From the NCBI GenBank assembly GCA_964106915.2, contig OZ066915.1: a stretch of 64,000 nucleotides of DNA, one strand, 5' to 3'. Positions 11,701 to 24,226 of the stretch are shown piece after piece. The position numbers and the translations under genes are program-made. The stretch's first letter is position 1. Each line of letters begins with the position of its first letter. Source of the DNA: Podarcis gaigeae. Its lineage: Eukaryota. The notes beneath the pieces are model-generated. The model saw only the letters and a program-made list of their open reading frames with translations, was not told where the DNA came from and did not search any database.

Positions 11701-14700
11701 CCCTGAAAAGCTTCCCTTCCCAGGGGAAAGAGGGCTGTTGGCAACTGTCGATGGGGAAGAGTTTGAGGTTTTGGCCATTTGCTCATTGGGTTGCCTGTAA
11801 AAAATAAAAGTGCAGAACATTTTTCCCCTTTTGTTTTCTTCTGCTTTTTAAATATCAGTATTCTTACTTACTTCACCAAACCTTTATTAGGCATGACAAG
11901 TACTGGCCATCATAAAACATCCATATATAAAAATAAAAGCCATGTAAAATATATAATTACAAGAATTATCATTGGGATTTCTTCCTGCTAAACAGTGCCA
12001 GTCACCACTCTAAGAGATACTATTGAGAAAATCTCAGCCAAATCTGATATTTTCATTGTGCCATGATGTTAGACTTCCCAAAAAAGGAGATAGCACGTGT
12101 TTACATAGCTGGTTATACAATGGACAGTAGAAAAGGATATGTTCTACAGTGTCTGGCACGTTCAAATAACATCTGCAGTGTCTATCATTTCTGGGGATGT
12201 TTAAATATCTGCCTTTGACAAGAGCTGAGGGGGAAATGTTCAGCTGGGCTCACATAAAGGCCCTGCGTTGGGCTAGAATTATTAATTTTGAGATTTAAGT
12301 GACCCTGTTATCTGGTGTATTTAAACCATAGAACTTGGGGGAGCAAATTTTATTTACAACTGATTCGATGAATGTCCCTTAATCTAGTTTGAATATTGCA
12401 ATAAATATATTGCTCACTTGAATTATACCAGGATTCCAAGTCAATACCAATAGATCTAATTTTGCTATGTAAGAGCTGGAACGATCTGGATGTATAAGAG
12501 TTCTTAAGCAAGTCAGAGAGCAGACTCAAAGGTTGGCAGCAAAAATGGCAACGCAGCCAGTATTTTATAGTGCTAGCCTTCATCCAATATTCCATCATGT
12601 GTACACCTAGTTCTACATACATCGTCTCATACTTGATTGAACTTAGGAGCCCCAGGATACATCTCAAGAAACTTGAGTGTATCTTATCTAAATCACTATT
12701 ATATGCTTCTATCCATATTGGGACCCCAAAAAGTAGCTGGGATGACACTTTAGCTTGAAAAATCTGAATAGCAGCTGGTATAATTTGGTCACCTTTCTGA
12801 AAATAAAAGCGAGCTATTGCTGAGGAGTTACACTTTGCCTGTTTTATAGCACTTGTGCAATGGGTTGACCAACCTGAGTTGCTCTGCAATAAAATTTACT
12901 GCATCACCACTGTTGTCCTGAAGGGTACAATCCTGCTGAAGTTTGGAAGAGTTGACCACGCTTAAAAGGGAGAGGCTTTCTCTCTTAAGCACACACTTTA
13001 ATTTCCTATTTAAATTAACAGAGCTTAAAAGTGACTAATGGGCTGGAATGTGCCCCAAATTGATTGTGGCAAGAAATCAAACCTGGGTAAGGTGGAAAGG
13101 TCACTCTAGGAAACCTTTCCGTTACCAACTCACTTCAGCTGCATGGAATGGGGCCCCGGATAGTTGAAGTGCTGCTGGTGCCGGTGCTGCTGCTGCTGGC
13201 TGAGGATCTGGAGCTGCAGGAAGAGCTGCTGCTGCTGCAGGAGCCTTGCATAGGCCGAGTCCATGGGAGGAGGGGACTTTTCCGCCTTCTGGTCTGGGGG
13301 AATGTACTGGTGGTACTTAAGCTTCTTCACTTTTGGCTTCATCTCCTTGGGCTTTTTGTGGCGATTCTTGCTATCGCTCGATGGTTTTGACTAAATGGGG
13401 CACAAATAAAAATTTCAATAAGATTATCTGCAACATGGAGTAACTGAAGTTAGTTAGAAAGTTTAGCGAGCTCCCGTGCCCAGGGCCTGCCAGCCTGCAA
13501 GTCAGTGGAGATAGTATCAAGACTGTGGGGGGTCATAATAGATGTCCCTTCTCACTAGGGTTGTCGAAGGAATCCACTGAAAACAGAATATCAAGCAAAT
13601 TTCATTTAATCTGCCCATTTTATCCCCACTGGCAGAGACACTCGCTGTGGAAACTATTTACCTTAATTATCTACAACAAACTTAAAAAAAACCACACCAC
13701 ATGAACATGTTATGTGTAAATAGATATGTAAATTGCTTTTCTATATATATTATTTACATCATCATGTATACAGGTGCCTCTTTACTGTCTTTGTTTCTAA
13801 GGCCCTAAGGCCACCTATATGCACTAATATGTTGCAATCCCAACAATGTCTACTCAGAAGTAAATCTCACTGACTTCCAAGTACGGTTACAATTTCAGAC
13901 TTAATCTGTATCCTCTTGTGTATTTTAAAGCCAGTGGAATGCATTGCTCCTTATTCTTTTCACATGGAAAACCACACTTCCTGGGGTTACCTTGACTTAC
14001 AACTAAACTGTTCCTCCCTGATGCAAAAGAGTGAAAAAAGCAAGATAGGATTATCATGTAGCGTAGCTGGTTAGAGCATGGTGCTGATAATGCCAAGGTC
14101 ACTGCATATTCCTGCATTGTAGGGGGTTGGACTAGATGATCCTCAGGGTCCCTTCCAACTCTGATTCTATGACAAGTTTATATTGAACTGTGAAATCAAG
14201 GTAGCGAGAAGTAGAAGACTAGTTTTTTTGCTGCAAAATACTAACATGGTCCCCCCCCCCCCGAAAACACAAGGAATGTAACTCATTTGTAAGTTATCTG
14301 TTGATGGCTGAGATATATGTGTCTAATGTGTGCTACATAAAAAAAAAATGTTAGAAATTACAAGTATTTCCACATCAGCAGGCAATGAAACAGCACACAA
14401 ACTTTTGCAAAATAAACCAATTGCATAGGAATGGAAAACATCAGAAGAAAGTGCAAATGAATATTGCAATTGAGACGTGTTTGTACATCCCTTCTTCCCA
14501 TCTGACCTTCTGTAGTTGAGTACAAGGAACAAAATATACAGGCACCACATCATTTGTAAAGGGCATGTTTATATATTTATTAGCCACACATTCCTTTTAA
14601 AACAGTCTGAAGCAGCAGTCTGGTCCTTACCCAGATGACACTTCCAAGAATTTTTAAATGATATGTATCTAATAATATACTAATGCATGTTTTACAATCG

Positions 14701-17700
14701 TCACAGTACTGGTGTATTTTGTACTTGGATACTCTGACCCAAATATAAAATCTCAACATGTAACGCAGCCTTAAGATAGGCCTGCTGCTCCCAACATCAT
14801 GGGACAGTCCTCAGGTCACCTCCCCGGTGACCATTTTTAAACATTAGGTATGTTCGGAATTACAACTCCCGTTATCCATAGCTAGCATGACCAGTGCTCA
14901 AGGGTGATTGGAGCTGTAGTCTGTAACATGGGCAGGACACCATGTTGCCCATCGTTGCTTTACGGCTTTTAAATATTTCTTTCATTTTTAACTTGGGCAG
15001 CATCCAGCTACTCCCCTTTCCCCCAGAATGCCTCTGCGTCCACCTCCATAGGAAAGGAGTAAAGAAGGAAAGCTATAGGGCAGTGCTTTGCCTTCCAACT
15101 TTTCTCTAAATATCACAAGAAAAGGGATGGAGGGCCCTCTTGTTGCCCTAGAGGGACAAGGGAGTATTTTGTCTGTTTTGAAGGGCAGAGTTTCCCTAGA
15201 TGTTTTGGGAAGAGATACGTGCATAAGTGGTTTGTCTGTTACTTAGTGGTTTACATGGAATATTAAATATACATTAAAATTATCCATAAAAGTTCAGCAA
15301 CTTTAAAAAAAAATCAAAATATAAATGGAAATTAGTAGTTTAAAATATACCAGTGTTTGGTTTGGAGTATGCATGGATATTATTTCTGTTGTCTGGGGCA
15401 ATATTTCTGAGTATTGCCATTTTCCCTCTCTGAAATGGGTATTTTGTAGTGCCCATGACAGCTTCATAGAATCCCACAATTCCTGAGACAGATGAATGAG
15501 CCATCTAACATAAGGTCCTGTTGGCGCTATTGTTGGAAACAGCTTGGCTTCAACAGATCATCAAAGTCTCAGCTTGCTCCTTTTGCAGGTACTTTCACCC
15601 CAGAATTCTAATGGACCCAGTTTTGTGACACAAGGAGGTACTGTCTGGGTAGTTCCTAGCGACTCCCATCTCCAAGCAAAGCCAACACTGTAACTCACCT
15701 CCCCAAACATTTAAACCAGTCCCCCCCCCCTTACTGCAGATGAGTGCTAGCTGTTGTCTAGCCAATAAGCCATGTTAACAATTTTTCTTCCTACGTAGTG
15801 GGAGGTTAGGCTCATACCTTTGCAGATGTGGTAACAGTGCCAGGAGGTGTTTGTTGCCCATTCTGTTGTTTAGGACTTTCTGGCTGGCCATTCCTCAGAG
15901 ATGTCATATCAGCCGTATCATTTTCAGAGCCAACGGAATGATCCTGGAATCAAAATAAATACATGGAAATTAATAAACATCAATATGCACATTTTCAAGA
16001 AGCCTATCCACATGCAGGCAGCTTACAGACTATTACAGAAATGGTCCATGCTAGTCTTGATCAGCACCAGTGATCTTGACCTTGTTTGGAGCCTTAACTA
16101 GGACTGGACTACATGTTAGCACTTTTTTCAACTGGCATCTCCATGATCTGTATTTAGAGCAGCGTAAGATGGAAGTTTCCTTGTCAGCATCAGATGCTCC
16201 TGGAAACTATGTGCACCAGCCTTCAACAACCTAGTGACCACCTGATGTTACTGGACTACAACTCACAACATCCAATGGGGATTGTAGTTCAAAGCAAGCT
16301 TTAGTGTATTAGGCTGGGCAAGGCTGCTCTATGCAATCAAGAGGATCTACGGTAGATGTTAAAGCAATAGCATGGATTGCCGACAGAAGGCAGTCTTCCA
16401 TAGGGATAAGGTTCCATATAAAATGGGCTTGACACTGAAGGAGGTAAAAGAAATGGATGACAAGCTGTGAGAGCAGTGAACTACACTCCTAAAATCACTT
16501 GATCTTAAAACGGCTAGCTAGCTAAATCCAATCCACCAACTGATAAATGCAAAATTCTTCTGTAACGGACATTCTATAAATAAATGTGTTTTTTTAAAAA
16601 AAAAATCAACAAAAACTACCTTGGAGGCCCCCAATTTCTCAGTCTCCATCATAATCAATCAGCATATTTTGCTGGTGACTCGGGACTCCCTGCCATGGCA
16701 TTTCTACACAGCTGAGACCAATCGCATTTATCAGGCTAGTGTTATTAGGGAAACCAAATGGACGAATCGTTGGGCTCTGTGCCATAAGTGCTTGGAAAAT
16801 GGAGGTGCCCCATGCCAAGTACACTGTGTAACAAAACTGCCGGAATGGAGGAGGGCACTCCAAGCCAAGAATATGTCGTGTTCAGGTTAACAGTGGCTCA
16901 GGATCCTTTGCAGGACACCCCCATGTTTTATGTAACCACCAGAGGCTGACCTTACAGCTGGCTTCCTCCATAGGCTGCAGTGCCCTCAGAGAGATCTTGG
17001 CATGCATTGCATCTTTTTACCCACAACGAGTTCTTATTCCAGCCCCGAGGAGAGGAATATGCTTCCTCTGGCATCAGACATTTTTTCCTAATAGAAGCTC
17101 TTGTACTCATTGTCCAGTACTGGATGCTGACTGGGGGTGAAGACAAACGTAAAAAGTTTATAGCAGAGGGACTGATTTGGAAGCACACTCACTGTGCTGA
17201 ATCCAAGCGCATGTTTTCTGACCTGGATTGAGCTTGTGGGAGGTGGGTGTGGCTTGGTTCTGCAAATTTAATCCAAAGTATCAGGACGTCTCATCTGTCC
17301 AAAAGTAAGAAATACCGTTTTACCTGAGTTGCCCCTGACATTGTGGATAACGTTGCTTCTGAAATTTTGATTCCGGCTGCTGATTCTGTGGATCCCTGGG
17401 AATCCTCGCTTCTGATCTGCTCTGGGGACAGCCCATCATTGCTACTATCTTCTTCAAAAGCAAAAGCATCTGAGGATTTAGAGAAGTTTCCTTGGTTACC
17501 TGTGGCAAGAAGGAAGAAAAAGACTCAGTGATAGGTGATTCTGAATGGCAGTAAGTTTTTAACAAGTGTACATGTGGCAAAGCAGACAAGTGATCTTAAC
17601 ACACTACAGTATTCACAGATGTACGCTTTCTTGTTCCTGTCAGGTAGGTAAAGCTGTGATTTATTTGTGCTCAAAGGCAAGTACCAAAGCAGCAAATTCA

Positions 17701-20700
17701 GTATGGTTGACAAACATTCAACTGAGAACTATTATAGAAAACCACTAATGAAGCAGTGGTTCGATAACATGTAAATGGTGTGCTAATAAAATCTGAATTC
17801 AGCAATTGGTTCCACTGGCTCTGTTGAAGGTCCAGCTCCACCAGGTCTTTCTCCATCATCCTGGGAGCAGTCATCCCACCTGAGTGCATCAGACGGAGAG
17901 ATGGGAAGCATGATTATTGAGAGGGACTAGCTCCTTGACTCCTCTCCCTGAACTGTTTCCACACCAGCTGGCCCTTGTGAACATTTTGTAAGTTTAAGAA
18001 CTGCTGCTTCAGCTTGCTTTCCCCCTCCTCACTCCATCCTTTCCTCCTTTTGAGTTCTGCATTTTAGATCAGAAGCCTGAGGGTTCCCATGTTTCTTAAT
18101 TGCTCTATAAGCTGCTCTGGAATCATTTTCAGCTGCAGAACGGGATTACAAATGCTTTAAATAAATAAATAATTCTCAAACATTGGTTACTGGAACTATC
18201 TGATTTCCCATGAGGTTCTGATTCTCCGTGGAACACACATTTTCAGGATTGCTACTATTTTACTGGGTTTTGCTTTTTAAAAAATGAGGATCTTCTTTCT
18301 TTTCAACTGTTTTTGAAGATGTTCATAATTTTGTTTGAGGCACTATATTATATGTGCCACAGCTTGTACCCATCAGTCTTCAGACCCTCCCCCCTGCAAG
18401 ATAGCAGATCTTTAATAAATCCAGAACCTTCAAGGATAGCATCATTAGAAGGCTCTTGTTTTTATCCCAAAATTTCACAACTCTGCAGAATGCAATCGTC
18501 ATCCCATTTCAAATTGCATCGTCTCTGTATTAGTTCAGATTATTCGTTTAAAAATGCAAATTTGTTTTTAGATGCACATTTCAAAGTGGATGTGGCCAAA
18601 GTGTAAAAGTGGGCAAGGTCATTCTATTTTAAAAAAATATAGGGCACATTTTAAGAGTCTTGGAGGTTGGGGTTACAAAAAAACCCTTTTGACATTCTGG
18701 AGTCACAGCTGGGAATTTGTGGGAGTGGGGAAATAGGAGCAGTCAATTTTTAAAAAAGACAATTGGGGTGTGGGTGTGGGTGTGTGTCTTGGAAGCCCAC
18801 AAAAAAAATAATTGGGGGGTCAAATGCTGCTTGTGCACCATGGTGAGAATACTCCAAGAAACTCATCAAGAATGTGCCCCCAAACAATTCACCAAATCAA
18901 TAGCTTGCATGGTTTTTTTCATCCTACAACCTCCTTTGAGAAATGCTGCAAAGATGCGACCCATTGTGCTTCTACGCGAATCAATGTGGCTTATGCCAGA
19001 TGATGCTTCTCTGCCATTCAGCATACTCAGTGGGTTCTGGAAAGTGTTCCTGTGCAATATCCCGCAAACTAGCAGGCAAAAGCGCTTGACCCTTGGCTTT
19101 TGCTGATAAGTAAAGTGCTGGGAAAGACAGGCTCTATCACAAAAGCCCCTGCAAGGCTGGAAGACAGAGAGTAGGCAGTGGAAGGAAGGAAGATTCCTGC
19201 TACACGCTGTAATCTTTCCAGGGACATGTCTGGCTTTGATCAAGTTTCTTCCTACTCTGCTAGTGAAGAGGGATTTGAAGAGGGCAGGAATGAAGGAACC
19301 ATTCTAGGGTGCTAGAATCCTACTAGCTCTTCAACATGGATCTGTACTCTCTTATGGGAATTATTCCAAAGGCATTCCCATGGAGAAAACATCAAGAACC
19401 CTACATCACATTGCAAGGGACCCTCTCCACAGCGAGTCTTTTGTATAGCCTACTGTGCATGGATGTTGCTATAGCACCAGAGGTGCCTTTCCTGGTATTA
19501 CCTTTGATGGCTTCTTTCACAGCTGAGTCAACAGGAATGATATTCTTCTCCACCAGCTCCAGAGGACCTGGCCTAAGAGCAATTTTCTCATTTAGATTGT
19601 CTGCAAGACGGGCTCTTTTCAGTTTCATCTGAGTAGCCTGGACAGACCCTTCTGTGGCTGAATCTGTAAAGCCAAATGGTAAAAATATAAATTATTCCAC
19701 AAAATAACCAGCCTGTGCCACAGCTCCTTTCCTTTTATCACTTCTAAGAAACACAGGATAAATTCTATGTCAGTGCTTTCCCAGTAATTAGAACCTGAGT
19801 GTAGCTGTAACACAAAGCATTTCTCTTGAACCATAAAACAACTGTGGCTTGCCAATCAGATCGGCAGTTTGAATCCCCACAATGGGGCGAGCTCCTGTTG
19901 CTCTGTCCCAGCTCCTGCCAACCTAGCAGTTAGAAAGCACGCCAGTGCAAGTAGATAAATAGGTACCGCTCCATTGGGAAGGTAAACAGCGTTTCTGTGT
20001 GCTGCTCTGGTTTCGGTGTTCTGTTGCGCCAGAAGCGGCTTAGTCATGCTGGCCACATGACCCAGAAAAAACTGTCTGCAGACGAACGCCGGCTCCCTTG
20101 GCCTGTAAAGCGAGATGAGCGCCGCAACCCCACAGTCGCCTGCAACTGGACTTAACTGTCAGGGGTCCTTTACCTTTACCTTTAACCACAACTAGCCACA
20201 GAGTGCAATGATGACAGGTGTGCTTGTAGATAAGCTTTTCTCACTGCTGATATGATATGCAGTCAATTTTAACAATGCTCAAGATACACGGAAAGTATTA
20301 TCTGTACATAGTTCCCTGTAGCCAAACAAAATAATTCCAAGGTTCAACCCAGTGCACCACACCCTTTATGTGTGTCTGCATACCAGCATGGCTGAGCCAC
20401 AGTTTGCTGGGGAGTGGGTAGCACACAAGCAAACAATCCTTCAAATGCCATGCTGGGCATGGAATCCTATGCAGGAGAGTCATTTCTGCAAGCCCAGTAA
20501 AAACTTGGTTTCAAAAGCTAAATGAGAATTGCAAGAAGCAGTATCTAAAAGAGGGAATAACTTGCTTCATGAGATGTGCATTTCCCCCCAGTTGTATAGT
20601 GTGTGCCATACATGCTGGAGCAACAATTGCCCCAGCCAGGCTCAAATAAAACCCACCCCAGATTTGTTTATAGAATAACATCATGCAAACATCATCATAA

Positions 20701-23700
20701 ATCAGTTCGATGATTATTCTTGTCCCCACCCTGAAGGAACCCAAGGTGGCAAACTAGCAAAGATTACAAACATTTTAGAAAAGTTTTAAAACCTAAAATA
20801 ATTCATAAGCATTCCATAAGCAGGAGACTGCTACCAAGAAGGCCTAGATTAGGGCAATAAAAGGTGCTTTTATACCTTTCCTGAAGAGGGATCAAAAGAC
20901 ACTGAGGCTTACTCAGAACATGGCAGAAGTGTCTTCTGCTGTTGGCTTGCCACAACTACAAGAAGTGCAAAACATCTAAGGCAGTCTCCCACAACCTGGT
21001 GCCCTCTAGAGGATTTGGACTACAATTCCCATCAGCCCCAGACCACATCGTCAATGGTCAGGGATGATGGGAGTTGTCCAAAACCCTTGCGGAAGTCTAG
21101 ACTATCTATTAACATAGAACAGTTCATTTGCAATTCGGTGGTGTATTTCTGTACTTCCAAACATGTAAAAAGAAAGCTCAAGGTCATGATCCCCATAAAA
21201 TCATCAATAAAATACACTGCTAACAACAAAATTACACCAAATTAGTAAATCAGAAATATACACTACTAAACTGGATCACCCTTGAGTAAACAAATGTTTT
21301 TTAAGTAGGTACCGGAAATAGCAACACTATAGGTGCCTGCCTTACCAGGAGCTCATTCCAAAGGGCATGTGATGTAATACTGAAAGCCCTGGGTTTTTGC
21401 AGACATAAGATGAACGTCAGGAGTAAGCAGCACCTTTAAGAGTGTCACCCCCAGGGATTGAAGTGACTGGGTAGGGATATACAAGATTAGGTGGTCCCAA
21501 AGATAATCTGGTTATTAAGCACTTTGTATGCTAATAGCAAGATCTTAAACTTATTCATTCAATCTTACCCTGTAAAATGTGCATATCAACCAGTTCTGAG
21601 CGCTCAGGTCTGTTTCGGGTCTTGTGCTTTAAATAATCTTCAGTCTACAGAACATAAGAACAGAGATCATTACCTCACTAGCTTGATTTAAAGTGCATTA
21701 GGCAATGCTTCTTTAAAAGGATTCAGTCAGACTTGGTCTAACTGACGTTCATTTTAGTTAACATTTGTTCTTCTCTGGTAGGACCCACACCAAAAGATTC
21801 AAGTTACAGGAAAAGAGATTTCAGCTCAACATCGGGAATAATTTTCTGATGGCAAGAGCTGTTTGACAGTGGAACCGTCTAAGCAGAAGCCATCTGCTTG
21901 CTTTAGTTGAGATTGCAGGGGTTGGACTAGATCAGGGGTCTGCAACCTTTAAGACAAAAAGAGCCACTTGGACCCATTTCCGAAGAAAAAAAACTGGGAG
22001 CCGCAAAACTCGTCATTATAAAAATAACTTTTTTGTCACTTTTTATTATTTCTTTGTTTGACCCCTCAGAATTACTCCTCCTCATAGAAATAAACGTTAA
22101 ATTAACAAGTTACCTTTTTGTGTGTGTGTGTTCTTCACTTCCCTTCAAAACAGTGACCAGCATACATGCCCCCTTTCAATGCAGTGACCAGCGTACATGC
22201 CCCTTACAGTGTAGCGGGCGGGCGGGAAGGTGACGTTGGGACGGTGCGTGACTAACGCACGCAACCGCCCCCATGCGACGTCACAGCCAGTACAGCGCCG
22301 CCACAGTGGGGAGTGTCAGGGCGCACAATGCGCCTCCTCCCCTCGCTAGTATCCGCCCTGGAGCCGCGGCAAAGGTGTAAAAGAGCCACATGCGGCTCCG
22401 GAGCCACGGGTTGCAGACTCCTGGACTAGATGACCCTCAGGGTCCCTTCCAATTCTATAATTATCCCACAACTTTTTGTCTGGATACTGAATGTCTGTAG
22501 GCTAGGACTTGGATCTTTGAAGAGCTCCATTTGTGCAAACCCGAACTTTTGGCAGGTTTCCCAGAATGCAAGTAACTTATAATTGGCACAAAGGAATCAT
22601 AATACTACACCAACTTTTAATATGCACTATATTCAGCACAATTTCAGTTTAGCTTACGGCACAGATCTTAAACAAGTGTAAAACTCAGCCCTAAGTACCC
22701 AGCTGTATCAAAGTAAATTTATTTACTTCACTAGAACTCATCTAACAGCAGCTCTGTTGTGTTTTAGCTAATAGGTATTTAAAATCCACCGCAATTAAAT
22801 TGGTGTAGTTTCATGTTATGTGTGAACAAAGATTTTCAAGTAGGCTTCCCATCAGTCCCTCTCAACCAAACTAGCTGTGAAGTATTCCAATGTTGCTTCC
22901 CCCTGCCAGCCCCCAGGCCCCTCCCCAGCTGAATAAAGGCTTAGAATATATTTTTGGTTCTACTTCTCCCTAAACGAATGTAGTTTAGGGCTGTTGACTC
23001 ATATAATCCTTTTTTCTTCCAGGCAATCGGCCAGTAGAAGCCTTTGAAGGGAGACTGTGAGATATTAACCTATGCCTGAACATTGAGATATAGGGTACTT
23101 CTAAGATACTTCAGACTTCTTGAAGTGTTAAGCACATTTATTTTTCACAGGGGGCTATACATCCTTCCTTACGTTGATCTTGAATTTTTGCAGGACACTC
23201 ATATACAATAATGTAACATAGGCATCTTCTAAATGCCTATACATAAATTTCATCAAGAGTTTTGAAAGTAAGTTAATATATATGTACACAGAATTGTAGA
23301 ACTATAAAAGGATTCACTTGTTTGGCTTCCTGACCTAAATTTCCTCTACATATTAACTCCTATGCCATAAACAGAGGAAATAAAGGATAAGGTGCACCAC
23401 AAATTCCCATTAAATGGGACAAATTAACAGACGGCAACTACTACTACTAATAAAAATTCCGAGCAAATTAAGTCATAGTTTCTAGGACATTACAAAGTTA
23501 TCATATACTATTGTCCATCTAGCCCAGCATTGTCTATTGTAACTAGCAGCATATCTCCATATCTCTTTACCAATCTTGCTGCTGGTGTCATTGGACCCGG
23601 GTCGTCATCCGTGCAAAATACCAGCTTTATGAATGAGCTATAGGCCTCTCTCTATATGGACTGTATTCTTTATATAAGAGAACTGCTATCAGTCTTGGAA

Positions 23701-24186
23701 AAGGCTTCTCTAAGCAGACAGTTCCCCAATTTCCCCCTTTGGCAAACTGCAAAAAACACAAATTTTGAAGGATGGCCTTGTTTAAGTTTGCGTATTATTT
23801 CTGAAATTGCAAATTAGGTAGCTTCGCCTTTAAATGTAAACAGAATCAAATTTCTGCCCCTGCCCCCCCCCCCCCGGTACACCTCTAGTAAGAGCCTTGG
23901 CTGGAGACTTGCAGCAGGGAAAGCTTGAGAATATCTTGTACTTTCTCTAAATAAGACCAGATCACCAGCTCTTCCACTAGTGGGGTAGGTGGGGGGGGGG
24001 ACTGCCTCTTAATCTTATCTTTCTCATTAGCTTTAATTAACAGTGCCTAAACTCTGCTTGATAACTGGTGCCAGCAAGAGACAAGAGTACAGGTTAAGAA
24101 CAGCCCAAAAGCACTGTGCAGTGTCACAAGAAGAGAAGGGCAATATGGTGTACTGCAGACATCAGGCACAAGGTTTCCTACTGGGG

Positions 24187-24226
<40 letters not shown>

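Noticed and set aside
16620-17200. ORF cluster, possibly an old L1/Tx1 fragment (similar weak RTE-like signal at 25060-25300)
   Set aside because: Too degraded to assign without a database search.
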